Shown here piece after piece: positions 1 through 8,677 of a stretch of DNA of 64,000 nt. The stretch is from Halanaerobiales bacterium. Its GTDB lineage: Bacteria > Bacillota > Halanaerobiia > Halanaerobiales > M55B127. A program made the translations under genes and the position numbers. The stretch spans positions 1,244 to 65,243 of the forward strand of contig JAGXLU010000005.1 in NCBI GenBank assembly GCA_018334565.1, written 5' to 3'. The notes below the pieces were generated by a model. That model was not told where the DNA came from, did no database searches, and saw only the letters and a list, made by a program, of their open reading frames with translations. The stretch's first letter is position 1. The number at the start of each line of letters is the position of its first letter.

Positions 1-135
1 TTTATTGCTTAAATTTCCACCTTCAGAAAACATAATAAAGGTCAAGCCAATTACTTCAAATCCTTTATCTTTCAAATATGCTGCAGCTACCGAACTATCT
101 ACACCACCGCTCATAGCAACAATAACTTTATCCAT
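1..135 (-). CDS. mnmA: tRNA 2-thiouridine(34) synthase MnmA, first 45 codons only (gene runs off the left edge)
   Basis: My own minus-strand translation from the ATG at 135-133 gives [33 protein letters not shown]. It contains the SGGVDSS PP-loop motif. A GAGGAG SD lies 7 nt upstream. The gene is absent from the ORF track because it is truncated. Confidence 0.8.
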   Translation of the reverse strand, partial: MDKVIVAMSGGVDSSVAAAYLKDKGFEVIGLTFIMFSEGGNLSNK

Positions 136-153
136 GAAAAATCTCCTCTATTT

Positions 154-573
154 TTATTCTTCTAATTTTATTGCTCTTTGTTTTAAATCTTCTAAGGTTA
201 TATTGGATATATAATCAACAATTATTTCTTTCAACTCAACCCACAAATCATGGGTTGCACATTTATCACTAAAATCACATAAAGATTCGTCAGCTATACA
301 ATCAACTATATTTAATGGACCCTCTAATGAAATCAGTATTTCCTCTACAGTTATTTCAGAGGGAGGTCTTTTTAATAAATATCCTCCACTTGCTCCTCTA
401 ACACTTTTTACCAAACCAGAATTCCTTAAATTTACAAATAATTGTTCTAAATACTGCTCTGAAATATTTTGCTTTTCAGAAATAACTCTCAAAGGAATAG
501 CTCCAGAATTTTTATTTTTTGCCAATTCAATCATTGCCCTTAATCCATATCTACCTTTTGTCGAAACTTTCAA
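154..573 (-). CDS. Rrf2-family transcriptional regulator (IscR/CymR-like)
   Basis: 139 aa. The N-terminus MKVSTKGRYGLRAMIELA is typical of the Rrf2 winged helix. The Cys cluster CIADESLCDFSDKC (C-x6-C-x5-C) resembles Fe-S ligands of IscR-type members. It has a TTG start with a GGGGGA SD 8 nt upstream and lies directly upstream of mnmA. Confidence 0.85.
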   Translation of the reverse strand: MKVSTKGRYGLRAMIELAKNKNSGAIPLRVISEKQNISEQYLEQLFVNLRNSGLVKSVRGASGGYLLKRPPSEITVEEILISLEGPLNIVDCIADESLCDFSDKCATHDLWVELKEIIVDYISNITLEDLKQRAIKLEE

Positions 574-596
574 TTATCTAATCCCCCTCTTGTTAT

Positions 597-619
597 TAAG
601 AAAATTGAAAATTTTCTTA
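597..619. promoter_or_regulatory. Perfect inverted repeat TAAGAAAATT-GAA-AATTTTCTTA between the likely promoter and the SD of the Rrf2 gene; candidate autoregulatory operator
   Basis: Read directly from the sequence: 10-bp arms around a 3-nt centre, about 24 nt upstream of the TTG start at 573. AT-rich palindromes can arise by chance in this genome. Confidence 0.3.
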
Positions 620-662
620 TATATAACAATCTATTATAATATATATTAATTAAAAATTATAT

Positions 663-1292
663 TTATAAATATATCTTCTTTAATGTTGAAACTCTTACTT
701 TATTCCCGGTTTTTTCAATTAACTTGCCTTTTAAAGGATTATACACCTCTGGTTTAATATAATAAAACACATCGACTCCCTCATCTCGATAAGTAGTCTT
801 TTTAATTTCACCACTAAAGGACTCTATCTGACCCAAAATTGTGCCAATGTTATTGTAATTCCCACTTGTTTTTACATAAAAATATAGTTTTAATTCTTTA
901 ATACCGGCCTTATTAATTGTCATTCGAGCAGTTCCCCCATAAGCTCTTATCAAACCACCTATACCAAGTTGTGTACCACCAAAATATCTGGTAACAACAA
1001 TTATTGTATTGACCAATCCCATACCTTTTATCCTTTCTAAAATAGGAGGCCCGGCTGATTTAGCGGGTTCACCGTCGTCATCATAGTATTCAAGGTTCTT
1101 TTTTATCTTATTATTTAAAAAATAAGCACTTACGTTGTGAGTTGCATCATGGTATTTTTCCTTAATAAATTTCTTGAATCTTTCCGCCTCTTCTATTGTC
1201 TTTACATATTTAATATTACCCCAGAAAATACTATCTTTCACTTTGTTTTTAAGCTCCACTGATGACTGGGGTATCATGATTTTCCTCTTCAT
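663..1292 (-). CDS. yigZ: YigZ / IMPACT-family (UPF0029) protein
   Basis: 209 aa. It has the motifs DATHNVSAY and GGTQLGIGGLIRAYG characteristic of the YigZ N-terminal domain, followed by a C-terminal DUF1949-like part. Confidence 0.8.
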   Translation of the reverse strand: MKRKIMIPQSSVELKNKVKDSIFWGNIKYVKTIEEAERFKKFIKEKYHDATHNVSAYFLNNKIKKNLEYYDDDGEPAKSAGPPILERIKGMGLVNTIIVVTRYFGGTQLGIGGLIRAYGGTARMTINKAGIKELKLYFYVKTSGNYNNIGTILGQIESFSGEIKKTTYRDEGVDVFYYIKPEVYNPLKGKLIEKTGNKVRVSTLKKIYL

Positions 1293-1301
1293 TTAATCAC
1301 C

Positions 1302-2627
1302 TTAATCATCATATTTTGTATTTTTGAGATTTTCTAAAAATTTTTTTATCTTTTGCTCATGTTCAGAGTTAGCTAACTGTAAAAAAGTCTTTTCTTCAAC
1401 CTCTTGTGGAAAGTATCTCTGCTTTACATAATGTTTTGCATAATTATGAGGATATTTATAAGAATCTCCCCTGCCTAATTTTTTTGCTCCACTATAATTA
1501 GATGACCTCAGATGAGCTGGCACAGTACCTGTTTTATTATTTTTAACATATTCTAAAGCACTATCAATCGCCTTAATCACCGAATTGCTTTTAGGTGCAC
1601 TAGCTATATATATAACTGCTTCTGCAAGTGGTATGCGGCCTTCTGGCATGCCAACAACATGTACGGCATCAAAGGCAGCATTAGCGATGAGCAAAGCCTG
1701 GGGATCAGCCAGGCCGATATCTTCTGCAGCATGTATAATTAGCCTTCTTGCTATAAATTTGGGGTCTTCACCAGCTTCAATCATTTTAGCCAACCAAAAT
1801 AATGCTGCATCTGGATCTGAACCTCGCATACTTTTAATCAAAGCAGAGATGTTGTCATAATGATTATCACCATTTTTGTCGTAATTTAATGATTTTTTTT
1901 GTAAAGAATTTCTTATAATCTCCTTATTTAAAGTGATTTTAGCATCTTTATTAACAGGTGTAGTTAATACAGCTGCTTCTAAAGTATTAAGAGCAGCTCT
2001 TGCATCTCCATTCGCTAGCTCAGCAATATAATTAATAGTCTCCTCATCGATTCTAACATTATAATTTTTTAAACCTCTTTTTTGGTTAAGTGCATCTTTA
2101 ATTATCTGAAGAATATTTTTTTTAGATAGAGGTTTCAACTCAAATATTTTTGACCTTGATAATAATGGGGAGTTAATCTCAAAATATGGGTTTTCGGTAG
2201 TGGCACCAATCATGATAATTATTCCCTTTTCAACAGCCGGTAATAAGGCATCTTGTTGGGCTTTATTAAACCTATGAATCTCATCTATAAATAATATTGT
2301 GCTCTTATCATATAGATCTCTTCCTTCTTTTGCTTCTTTTATTATCTTTCTTATATCACTAACTCCAGATGTAACTGCATTCAATACTTTAAATTGAGAA
2401 TCAGTATTTTCTGCAATAACAGAAGCGATACTTGTTTTGCCGGTACCCGGTGGCCCATATAAAATTAAAGATTGTATTTGATCAGCTTTTATAGCTCTTT
2501 TTAATATCCTATCTTGATTAAGAATATCTTCTTGACCATATATCTCATCTAAACTTTTAGGTCTCATACGATAGGCTAAAGGTTCTTCTCTGTTATTTTT
2601 TTTATCATTATTGAAAAGATTTGGCAA
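1302..2627 (-). CDS. rarA: Replication-associated recombination protein A (AAA+ ATPase RarA/MgsA)
   Basis: 441 aa. It has Walker A GPPGTGKTS, Walker [10 protein letters not shown], and the conserved MgsA C-terminal domain (HYDNISALIKSMRGSDPDAALFWLAKM). Confidence 0.95.
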   Translation of the reverse strand: MPNLFNNDKKNNREEPLAYRMRPKSLDEIYGQEDILNQDRILKRAIKADQIQSLILYGPPGTGKTSIASVIAENTDSQFKVLNAVTSGVSDIRKIIKEAKEGRDLYDKSTILFIDEIHRFNKAQQDALLPAVEKGIIIMIGATTENPYFEINSPLLSRSKIFELKPLSKKNILQIIKDALNQKRGLKNYNVRIDEETINYIAELANGDARAALNTLEAAVLTTPVNKDAKITLNKEIIRNSLQKKSLNYDKNGDNHYDNISALIKSMRGSDPDAALFWLAKMIEAGEDPKFIARRLIIHAAEDIGLADPQALLIANAAFDAVHVVGMPEGRIPLAEAVIYIASAPKSNSVIKAIDSALEYVKNNKTGTVPAHLRSSNYSGAKKLGRGDSYKYPHNYAKHYVKQRYFPQEVEEKTFLQLANSEHEQKIKKFLENLKNTKYDD

Positions 2628-2631
2628 AAGA

Positions 2632-3213
2632 TCACCTCATTGCTTCTATTTCATTATTCTCATTAATTATTAAATCAACGGGTAGATCATATTTGTCAAT
2701 AGGTAATTTATCAACTATAAATGGAGAAAATGTTATACCTATTATTTTTACATCTTCTGTTATTTTACTCAAGAATTTATCGTAATAACCTCCACCATAA
2801 CCAATTCTATAACCCTGTTTTGAAAAGATCAAACCAGGCACAACTATCATATCAAGGTTTTTATACAACTCATCTTTTCTCAGTTTAATCTTTGGCTCTA
2901 ATATATTAAACATACCGGCTTGTAGATCTTTTTCAAAGTCTTCTATTTTAGAAATTCTCATATCATTTACGCTTTTATCTATATAAGGTACATAGATATT
3001 CTTGTCCTCTTCTGACAATAATTCTTTAATCAGATTATGTGTTTGCACTTCATTTCGAAATGATACAAAAATCATTATATTTTTATATTTATTTTTTTCG
3101 ATGTATTTTTTTAATTTTTCAGTAATAATTTTACTTTTTTCTTTGATGAACTCTAAAGACAAATTTTCTCTTTTTCTAAGGTATTCTTTTCTCAAATTAT
3201 TTTTGCTTTTCAT
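2632..3213 (-). CDS. 5-formyltetrahydrofolate cyclo-ligase
   Basis: The GYGGGYYDKFL motif and the length fit the MTHFS/YgfA family. The ORF-track start (GTG 3222) lies inside the SD AAGGTGA, so I prefer the ATG at 3213, which is 5 nt downstream of that SD. Confidence 0.88.
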   Translation of the reverse strand: MKSKNNLRKEYLRKRENLSLEFIKEKSKIITEKLKKYIEKNKYKNIMIFVSFRNEVQTHNLIKELLSEEDKNIYVPYIDKSVNDMRISKIEDFEKDLQAGMFNILEPKIKLRKDELYKNLDMIVVPGLIFSKQGYRIGYGGGYYDKFLSKITEDVKIIGITFSPFIVDKLPIDKYDLPVDLIINENNEIEAMR

Positions 3214-3407
3214 TTTATTCACCTTGTATAACGAACATAGGGCAGAACATTATACATCTCCTTTCTTTACTAAATAGGGACATATTTTCTAAATGTAAAT
3301 TCCATACTTTTTAATTCAGAGCAGCTTAGTTGGTCTACTTTTCATTCCTATTATTCTATAAGATATCCTTTAAAACTATTATATATTATTAAAGGCATAA
3401 TTTAAAT

Positions 3408-3615
3408 AAAAAATCCCCAAAATGGGGATTAAAAATGTCCGCTCTGCCGCTGGAATCATTTAATTTTGATCCCTTTCCGCAAGGTGGGTGCCCTCCTATC
3501 TGGTTTATATGTCCTTCTAAAGGCTTATATGCCGCAGACAGAGACCAGGCTCCCTTTCAATATGTGTTGGTCAAAATTTTTTATAATCCTCGCAAACACA
3601 GCAGACCTTTTATTT
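3408..3615 (-). ncRNA. ssrS: Probable 6S RNA (SsrS), about 190-200 nt including terminator
   Basis: This is a relatively GC-rich, ORF-poor block between aspS and the 5-formyl-THF cyclo-ligase gene. It has its own promoter (3622-3650). Its 5' and 3' halves are mutually complementary, e.g. AATTTTGACC with GGGATCAAAATT and GGTCTGCTG with CAGCGGCAGAGCGGAC, giving a rod-like fold. It ends in the hairpin ATCCCCA-TTT-TGGGGAT followed by TTTTTT (3410-3431). From memory, the position matches both known syntenies: E. coli ssrS-ygfA, and B. subtilis 6S-1 next to aspS. Confidence 0.65.
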
Positions 3616-3621
3616 AATATT

Positions 3622-3650
3622 ATATTACCATAACTTGTTACAAAATTCAA
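3622..3650 (-). promoter_or_regulatory. Sigma-A type promoter for the 6S RNA candidate
   Basis: Minus strand reads TTGAAT (3650-3645), 17 nt, then TGgTAATAT (extended -10, hexamer 3627-3622). It overlaps the last codons of aspS. Confidence 0.55.
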
Positions 3651-5428
3651 TCTATATCAACTAAATCAATATGAAGTTCATCCAACTGCTTCTTATCAAC
3701 TTTTGAGGGGGCCTTAGTTAAAGGTGAAGTTGCTTTCTGTGTTTTTGGAAAGGCAATTACATTTCTGATAGAATCTGTATTAGCTAATATCATTATCATC
3801 CTATCCAAGCCCAAAGCAATGCCTCCATGAGGTGGTGTCCCATACTGTAAAGCATCCATCAAAAATCCAAATTTATTTTCAATTTCTTCTTCAGTAAAAT
3901 TCATTACATCAAATATTTTATGCTGAAGTTCTTTGTTACTTATCCTGATACTTCCCCCACCCAATTCTTCACCATTTAAAACTATATCATAAGAATTAGC
4001 TTTGATTTTATCTAAATCATTATCAAGTTCGTCAACATCATCCAATAACGGTGCTGTAAAAGGATGATGTTTGGCCACATACCTGCCCTCTTCTTTTTTG
4101 TATTCAAACAAGGGAAAATCAATAATCCAGGTGAATTCATACTTATTTTTATCTATTAAATCTAATTCTCCAGCCAATTTTACTCTGAGTTTTCCCAGTG
4201 AAGTAGCAACTATATCAGGCTGATCAGCCACAAAAAGCATCAAATCCCCATTTTTAGCTTCCATTCTCTCAATAATTTTGTTAATAGTTTCTTCAGTAAA
4301 GAATTTAGCTATAGGAGACTTTATTTTATCATCTTTAATCATGATCCAGGCTAATCCCTTAGCTTCATACAATTTTACATATTTTTCTAAATCATCAATT
4401 TCACTTCTTGAAAATTTTGCACCAGCTTTAACTGTTATACCTTTCACTTGTCCATCATTTTGGACAATGTTACTAAAAATTTTAAATTGAGAGTCTTTTA
4501 CAATATCTGAAATATTTTTTAACTTCATATCAAATCTCAAATCCGGTTTATCTAAGCCATATTGATCAATTGCCTTTTGATATGTCATAACAGGTATTTT
4601 TTTTGGCAATTCAATATTTTTAGTAGCAAAGATATCTCTTAAAAGATTTTCAGTCAATTCAAATATATTCTCCCTTGTAATAAATGACATTTCTATATCA
4701 ATCTGAGTGAATTCTGGTTGCCGGTTGGCTCTGAGATCTTCGTCTCTAAAACACTTTGCTATTTGAAAATATCTTTCCATTCCGGAAACCATGAGGAGTT
4801 GTTTGAAAAGCTGTGGTGACTGAGGTAAAGCATAAAAATGGCCAGCATTTATACGACTGGGAACTAAATAATCTCTGGCCCCTTCTGGAGTACTTTTGGT
4901 TAAAAGAGGTGTTTCTATTTCTAAAAATCCACTGTCATCCATAAAATCTCTGGTAATCTTTACAACTCGATGCCTTAACTTTATTATTTCACGCATTATG
5001 GGCCTTCTTAAATCCAAATATCTATATTTTAACCGCAGGTTTTCACCAGGATTAACATCATCTTCTATTAAAAATGGAGTAGTGTTAGCTTTATCTAAAA
5101 TTTTAAGTTGTTTGCCCTCCACTTCAATTTTTCCTGTAGCAAGTTCTTGATTAATATTTCCCTTGGGCCTCTTTCTAATTGAGCCTTTTACAGCTATAAC
5201 ATACTCTGATCTTAATTGGTCAGCCTTATTAAAGGCCTCCTTCTCTATGTGGGGATTGAAAACAACCTGAATAAAGCCGGATCTGTCTCTAACATCTATA
5301 AAGATTACTCCCCCGTGATCTCGTCTTTTCTGTACCCAACCCATGATTGTAACATCTTTATTTATATCTGAAATTTCAAGCTCACCACAATGGTGTGTTC
5401 GGTTAAAGCCATCTAATTTTCCTAACAC
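3647..5428 (-). CDS. aspS: Aspartate--tRNA ligase
   Basis: 593 aa. It shows the class II aaRS motifs (FRDEDLRANRQPEFTQID and GGGSIRI) and an N-terminal OB anticodon-binding domain. Confidence 0.97.
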   Translation of the reverse strand: MLGKLDGFNRTHHCGELEISDINKDVTIMGWVQKRRDHGGVIFIDVRDRSGFIQVVFNPHIEKEAFNKADQLRSEYVIAVKGSIRKRPKGNINQELATGKIEVEGKQLKILDKANTTPFLIEDDVNPGENLRLKYRYLDLRRPIMREIIKLRHRVVKITRDFMDDSGFLEIETPLLTKSTPEGARDYLVPSRINAGHFYALPQSPQLFKQLLMVSGMERYFQIAKCFRDEDLRANRQPEFTQIDIEMSFITRENIFELTENLLRDIFATKNIELPKKIPVMTYQKAIDQYGLDKPDLRFDMKLKNISDIVKDSQFKIFSNIVQNDGQVKGITVKAGAKFSRSEIDDLEKYVKLYEAKGLAWIMIKDDKIKSPIAKFFTEETINKIIERMEAKNGDLMLFVADQPDIVATSLGKLRVKLAGELDLIDKNKYEFTWIIDFPLFEYKKEEGRYVAKHHPFTAPLLDDVDELDNDLDKIKANSYDIVLNGEELGGGSIRISNKELQHKIFDVMNFTEEEIENKFGFLMDALQYGTPPHGGIALGLDRMIMILANTDSIRNVIAFPKTQKATSPLTKAPSKVDKKQLDELHIDLVDID

Positions 5429-5442
5429 TTATATGTCCCCCT

Positions 5443-6699
5443 CTAAATCATCTTTTCTATACTCTTTACTAAATTGTCTATATCAATTTCTTGTTCTTTT
5501 CCGCTTTTCATATTCCTAACGGTTGCTTTTTTGTTTTCTAACTCATTTTCACCTATTATTACAGTATAGGTGGCATTCATTCTATCAGCCGATTTCATTT
5601 GGCTTCCTACGCTTCTGCCCATATAATCTATTTCTGCTTTAATGCCTCTTCTCCTAAATTCTTCAAGTAATTTAAAGGATGCAATTTCTGCTTTTTTTCC
5701 GATAGTTGTTAAGTAAATATCAACACTTTTATCTATAGGAATTTCAATACCCTGTTTTTTAAGTGTTAGTAATAACCTTTCTACCCCAAGGGCAAACCCA
5801 ATTCCGGGCACATCTCTTTTGCCTATTTCTTCCGCTAATCGATCATATCTGCCTCCGCCAAAGATAGTGTCCTGAGCTCCCAGCCCTTCATACTTAACCT
5901 CAAAAGCAGTTTTTGTATAATAATCAAGCCCTCTAACCAAACCGGGATCTATTATAAAATCAATATTAATATTATGCAAATTTTCTTTTAAGTTATCAAA
6001 ATGAACCTCACACTCATCACATAAATAATCAATGATTTTGGGGGCTCCGTCTATTACCTTTTGACATCTGTCATTTTTACAGTCTAAAACCCTGAGAGGA
6101 TTTTTATCAATGCGTCTTTTACAATCCTCACATAATTTATCTATATTATTATTGAGATAATCTTTTAATCTCTTCAAATATTTAGGTCTGCATTTCGGAC
6201 AACCAATAGAATTGATATAAAGTGATAAATCTTCTAAACCCAAAATATCCATATAATGCATACCCACTGCAATAACTTCAGCATCAACCCGGGGATCTTG
6301 GCTCCCAAAAACCTCAATACCTAATTGATTAAATTGTCTGTAACGGCCTGATTGTGGACGCTCATATCTAAACATAGGACCAATATAGTAATATTTGGTG
6401 GGCTGGGCTTTACCGTAAATCTTATTCTCTAAAAACGATCTAACAACTGAAGCAGTACCTTCTGGCCTCAGAGTTATACTTCTTTTTGATTTATCTTCGA
6501 AGGTGTACATTTCTTTTTCTACGATATCGGTTTCTTCACCTATACCCCTTTGAAATAGTTCTGTATATTCAAAAATAGGAGTCCTAATCTCGTCATAATT
6601 ATAGAGATCAAAAATATATTTAGCTTTGGACTCTATATAATTCCATTTAAAAGATTGAGGGGGTAATATATCATTTGTTCCACGCGGAGCATTTATCAT
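5443..6699 (-). CDS. hisS: Histidine--tRNA ligase
   Basis: 418 aa. Conserved stretches are RGTNDILP, LRPEGTASVVR, FRYERPQSGRYRQF and GGGRYD. It lies 14 nt upstream of aspS, so the two are probably an operon. Confidence 0.97.
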   Translation of the reverse strand: MINAPRGTNDILPPQSFKWNYIESKAKYIFDLYNYDEIRTPIFEYTELFQRGIGEETDIVEKEMYTFEDKSKRSITLRPEGTASVVRSFLENKIYGKAQPTKYYYIGPMFRYERPQSGRYRQFNQLGIEVFGSQDPRVDAEVIAVGMHYMDILGLEDLSLYINSIGCPKCRPKYLKRLKDYLNNNIDKLCEDCKRRIDKNPLRVLDCKNDRCQKVIDGAPKIIDYLCDECEVHFDNLKENLHNINIDFIIDPGLVRGLDYYTKTAFEVKYEGLGAQDTIFGGGRYDRLAEEIGKRDVPGIGFALGVERLLLTLKKQGIEIPIDKSVDIYLTTIGKKAEIASFKLLEEFRRRGIKAEIDYMGRSVGSQMKSADRMNATYTVIIGENELENKKATVRNMKSGKEQEIDIDNLVKSIEKMI

Positions 6700-6748
6700 A
6701 TTATTTCACCCTTATATTATTTATTAATTCTTTAATAAATCATTTTAA

Positions 6749-7924
6749 TTATTGATTACTTTCAATCTCTTCTTCAATAGAAGTTGGGGTGTCTTCAGTT
6801 TCTTCTGTTTGCTGTTCAGTTTCTTGACTTTTTTGTTGTATTTCAGAAATTTTGTCCATTTCTTTTTCCGCTTCATCATTAGCTCCGATATTATTAAATG
6901 CCATAAATAACTGGTAATGGGCATAAATATTACTGCCCGCCTGTTCTGAAGCATTTAGATACTGTTCAGTTGCCTGTTCTTTTTGACCCCTTTCAGCCAA
7001 ATAATCTCCATAATTTAACCTTAATTCCCAGTTTTCCGAAAATTCTTCTATAGCAGTATCATAGATATCCGATGCCTGTTCATATTGTTCAGCACCACTA
7101 TAAGCCTGGGCAAGATAAGTGTATATACTTACAGAAGTATTCTCACTATCTATTAAATTTTTAAAACTATCAATGGCAACCTGATAATTACCTTTATCAA
7201 GGGCATTATATGCAAATAATATAGGGTCATTTATGATAACATTGGCTTCTGTTTTTTTATTTTCTAACCAATTATTGTAGGCTTGATTCTGCTTTTCATT
7301 TAAAAGATTTTCTTTAATATTTGTTCTTACTTCCTCTAATTCGGGTTTATCTTCAGATTCACCGTACAATTCTTCATACCGATTTTTAATTTCTTCTTCA
7401 CCGACTTCTATATTACTGTAGGTGGACTGTTTAACTTTATTAACTTTTTTAGAATTAACCATATTTAATCTTATATCATTTTTAAATTGTTCATAGGTGT
7501 ATTCCTGACTACTTAAATTTTCTTCTAATTCTTCTTTTGTCATGTCATTTTGCTCTAAAATTTCATCAATTTCTTCTTCTATTTCCTGGTCAGTAACTTC
7601 TACATTTATATCCATTTCATCTGCTTCTGTTAATAATATTTCCCTTTCAATCATAGCATTTAACACATTCAATCTAAAGGGAATCACCTGAGTTTGTGTC
7701 AAGTTACTTGCTTGTGAAGCATTACTTCTCAACACAGATAAATATTGTTCTGGTGTAATGCCTTTATCATTTACCTGTGCTATATATTGTGATTGGGTAG
7801 CCCTGTTGCTGCCACTATTTTGGGTCATATAAGATCCAAATCCCATCAAACCACCGGTAACTATAAATGCAGCTACTACGATGTAAACTACAATTTTACT
7901 ATTATTCCTTAAATTATCAAACAT
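6749..7924 (-). CDS. Membrane-anchored SurA-N-terminal-domain/PpiD-like chaperone fused to TPR repeats, with acidic C-terminal tail
   Basis: 391 aa. It has an N-terminal TM helix (IVVYIVVAAFIVTGGLMGF) and then a region resembling the SurA/PpiD N-terminal chaperone domain, with no recognisable PPIase core. TPR-like repeats follow (YQVAIDSFKNL, YLAQAYSGAEQYEQASDIYDTAIE), and the protein ends in a Glu/Gln-rich tail. Confidence 0.6.
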   Translation of the reverse strand: MFDNLRNNSKIVVYIVVAAFIVTGGLMGFGSYMTQNSGSNRATQSQYIAQVNDKGITPEQYLSVLRSNASQASNLTQTQVIPFRLNVLNAMIEREILLTEADEMDINVEVTDQEIEEEIDEILEQNDMTKEELEENLSSQEYTYEQFKNDIRLNMVNSKKVNKVKQSTYSNIEVGEEEIKNRYEELYGESEDKPELEEVRTNIKENLLNEKQNQAYNNWLENKKTEANVIINDPILFAYNALDKGNYQVAIDSFKNLIDSENTSVSIYTYLAQAYSGAEQYEQASDIYDTAIEEFSENWELRLNYGDYLAERGQKEQATEQYLNASEQAGSNIYAHYQLFMAFNNIGANDEAEKEMDKISEIQQKSQETEQQTEETEDTPTSIEEEIESNQ

Positions 7925-8034
7925 TAATAAGTCACTCCTTAAGATATTTAAAGATATTATAAACGCGAGTTGATATCTTTCATAATTTTATCTTATTGAT
8001 TTTAAAAAGTCAACACAAATAAGACTTTAATCTA

Positions 8035-8664
8035 TTATGTGAACCTCTTATAAACACTGTTTTTAAACTTCTTAATAGTTGTTGTTTGGCCATGACCAGG
8101 GTATACTTCTGTTCCATCGGGGAGCGGTAATATCTTTTTTTTAATTGACTTCATCAACATCTTATGTGAAGATCCTAATAAATCTGTTCTCCCTATACCC
8201 ATATTAAAAATCGTATCTCCACTGATCAATACTCCTTTATTTTTATCATATAAACAAATACTACCAGGACTGTGCCCTGGTGTATGAATTATCTTAAATT
8301 TATAATCCTCTACTTCTATTATTTCCCCCTCTGTTATAAGGTTATCCGCCTTTTTAAGTTTCACCAATTTATTTTTACCCAATTTTACAGATAAGTTTTT
8401 CTTCGGATCAATTAAAGCTGCTTGATCATCTTTATGTATATATATTTCTGCATTGGTTGCCTCTTTTATTTCTAAATTAGCAGCAATATGATCAAAATGA
8501 CCATGGGTATTAATGATTTTATCAACTTTGACATTGCTTTTTAAAATCATATCCATTATCTTATTAACCTCATCACCTGGATCAACTATAATAGCATTCC
8601 CATTCTTCTTTCCAATTAAATAACAGTTGGTAAAATTCACACCAACTGTCTGTGAAATAATCAT
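8035..8664 (-). CDS. MBL-fold metallo-hydrolase (hydroxyacylglutathione hydrolase-like)
   Basis: It carries the HTHGHFDH metallo-beta-lactamase motif. The ORF-track start (8694) overlaps dtd, whereas the ATG at 8664 has an AGGAGG SD 6 nt upstream, so I chose 8664. Confidence 0.88.
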   Translation of the reverse strand: MIISQTVGVNFTNCYLIGKKNGNAIIVDPGDEVNKIMDMILKSNVKVDKIINTHGHFDHIAANLEIKEATNAEIYIHKDDQAALIDPKKNLSVKLGKNKLVKLKKADNLITEGEIIEVEDYKFKIIHTPGHSPGSICLYDKNKGVLISGDTIFNMGIGRTDLLGSSHKMLMKSIKKKILPLPDGTEVYPGHGQTTTIKKFKNSVYKRFT

Positions 8665-8677
8665 AATATTCCTCCTG

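Noticed and set aside
1585-1860. Assorted track ORFs of 60-100 aa inside larger genes. Antisense examples include 1585-1860, 3002-3277, 4278-4490, 9473-10375, 15919-16246 and 36450-36665. Same-strand out-of-frame examples include 10354-10599, 30649-30831, 31501-31686, 44831-45073 and 48343-48549.
   Set aside because: Each is fully nested in a gene with strong family motifs. None has a convincing SD or start context, and all have low-complexity composition. I treat them as frame shadows.
3435-3617. A 60-aa plus-strand ORF (MSALPLESFNFDPFPQGGCPP...) sits in the aspS / cyclo-ligase gap.
   Set aside because: It coincides with the structured region better explained as minus-strand 6S RNA. It has no SD, and the stop-free frame probably reflects the locally higher GC of the RNA gene.
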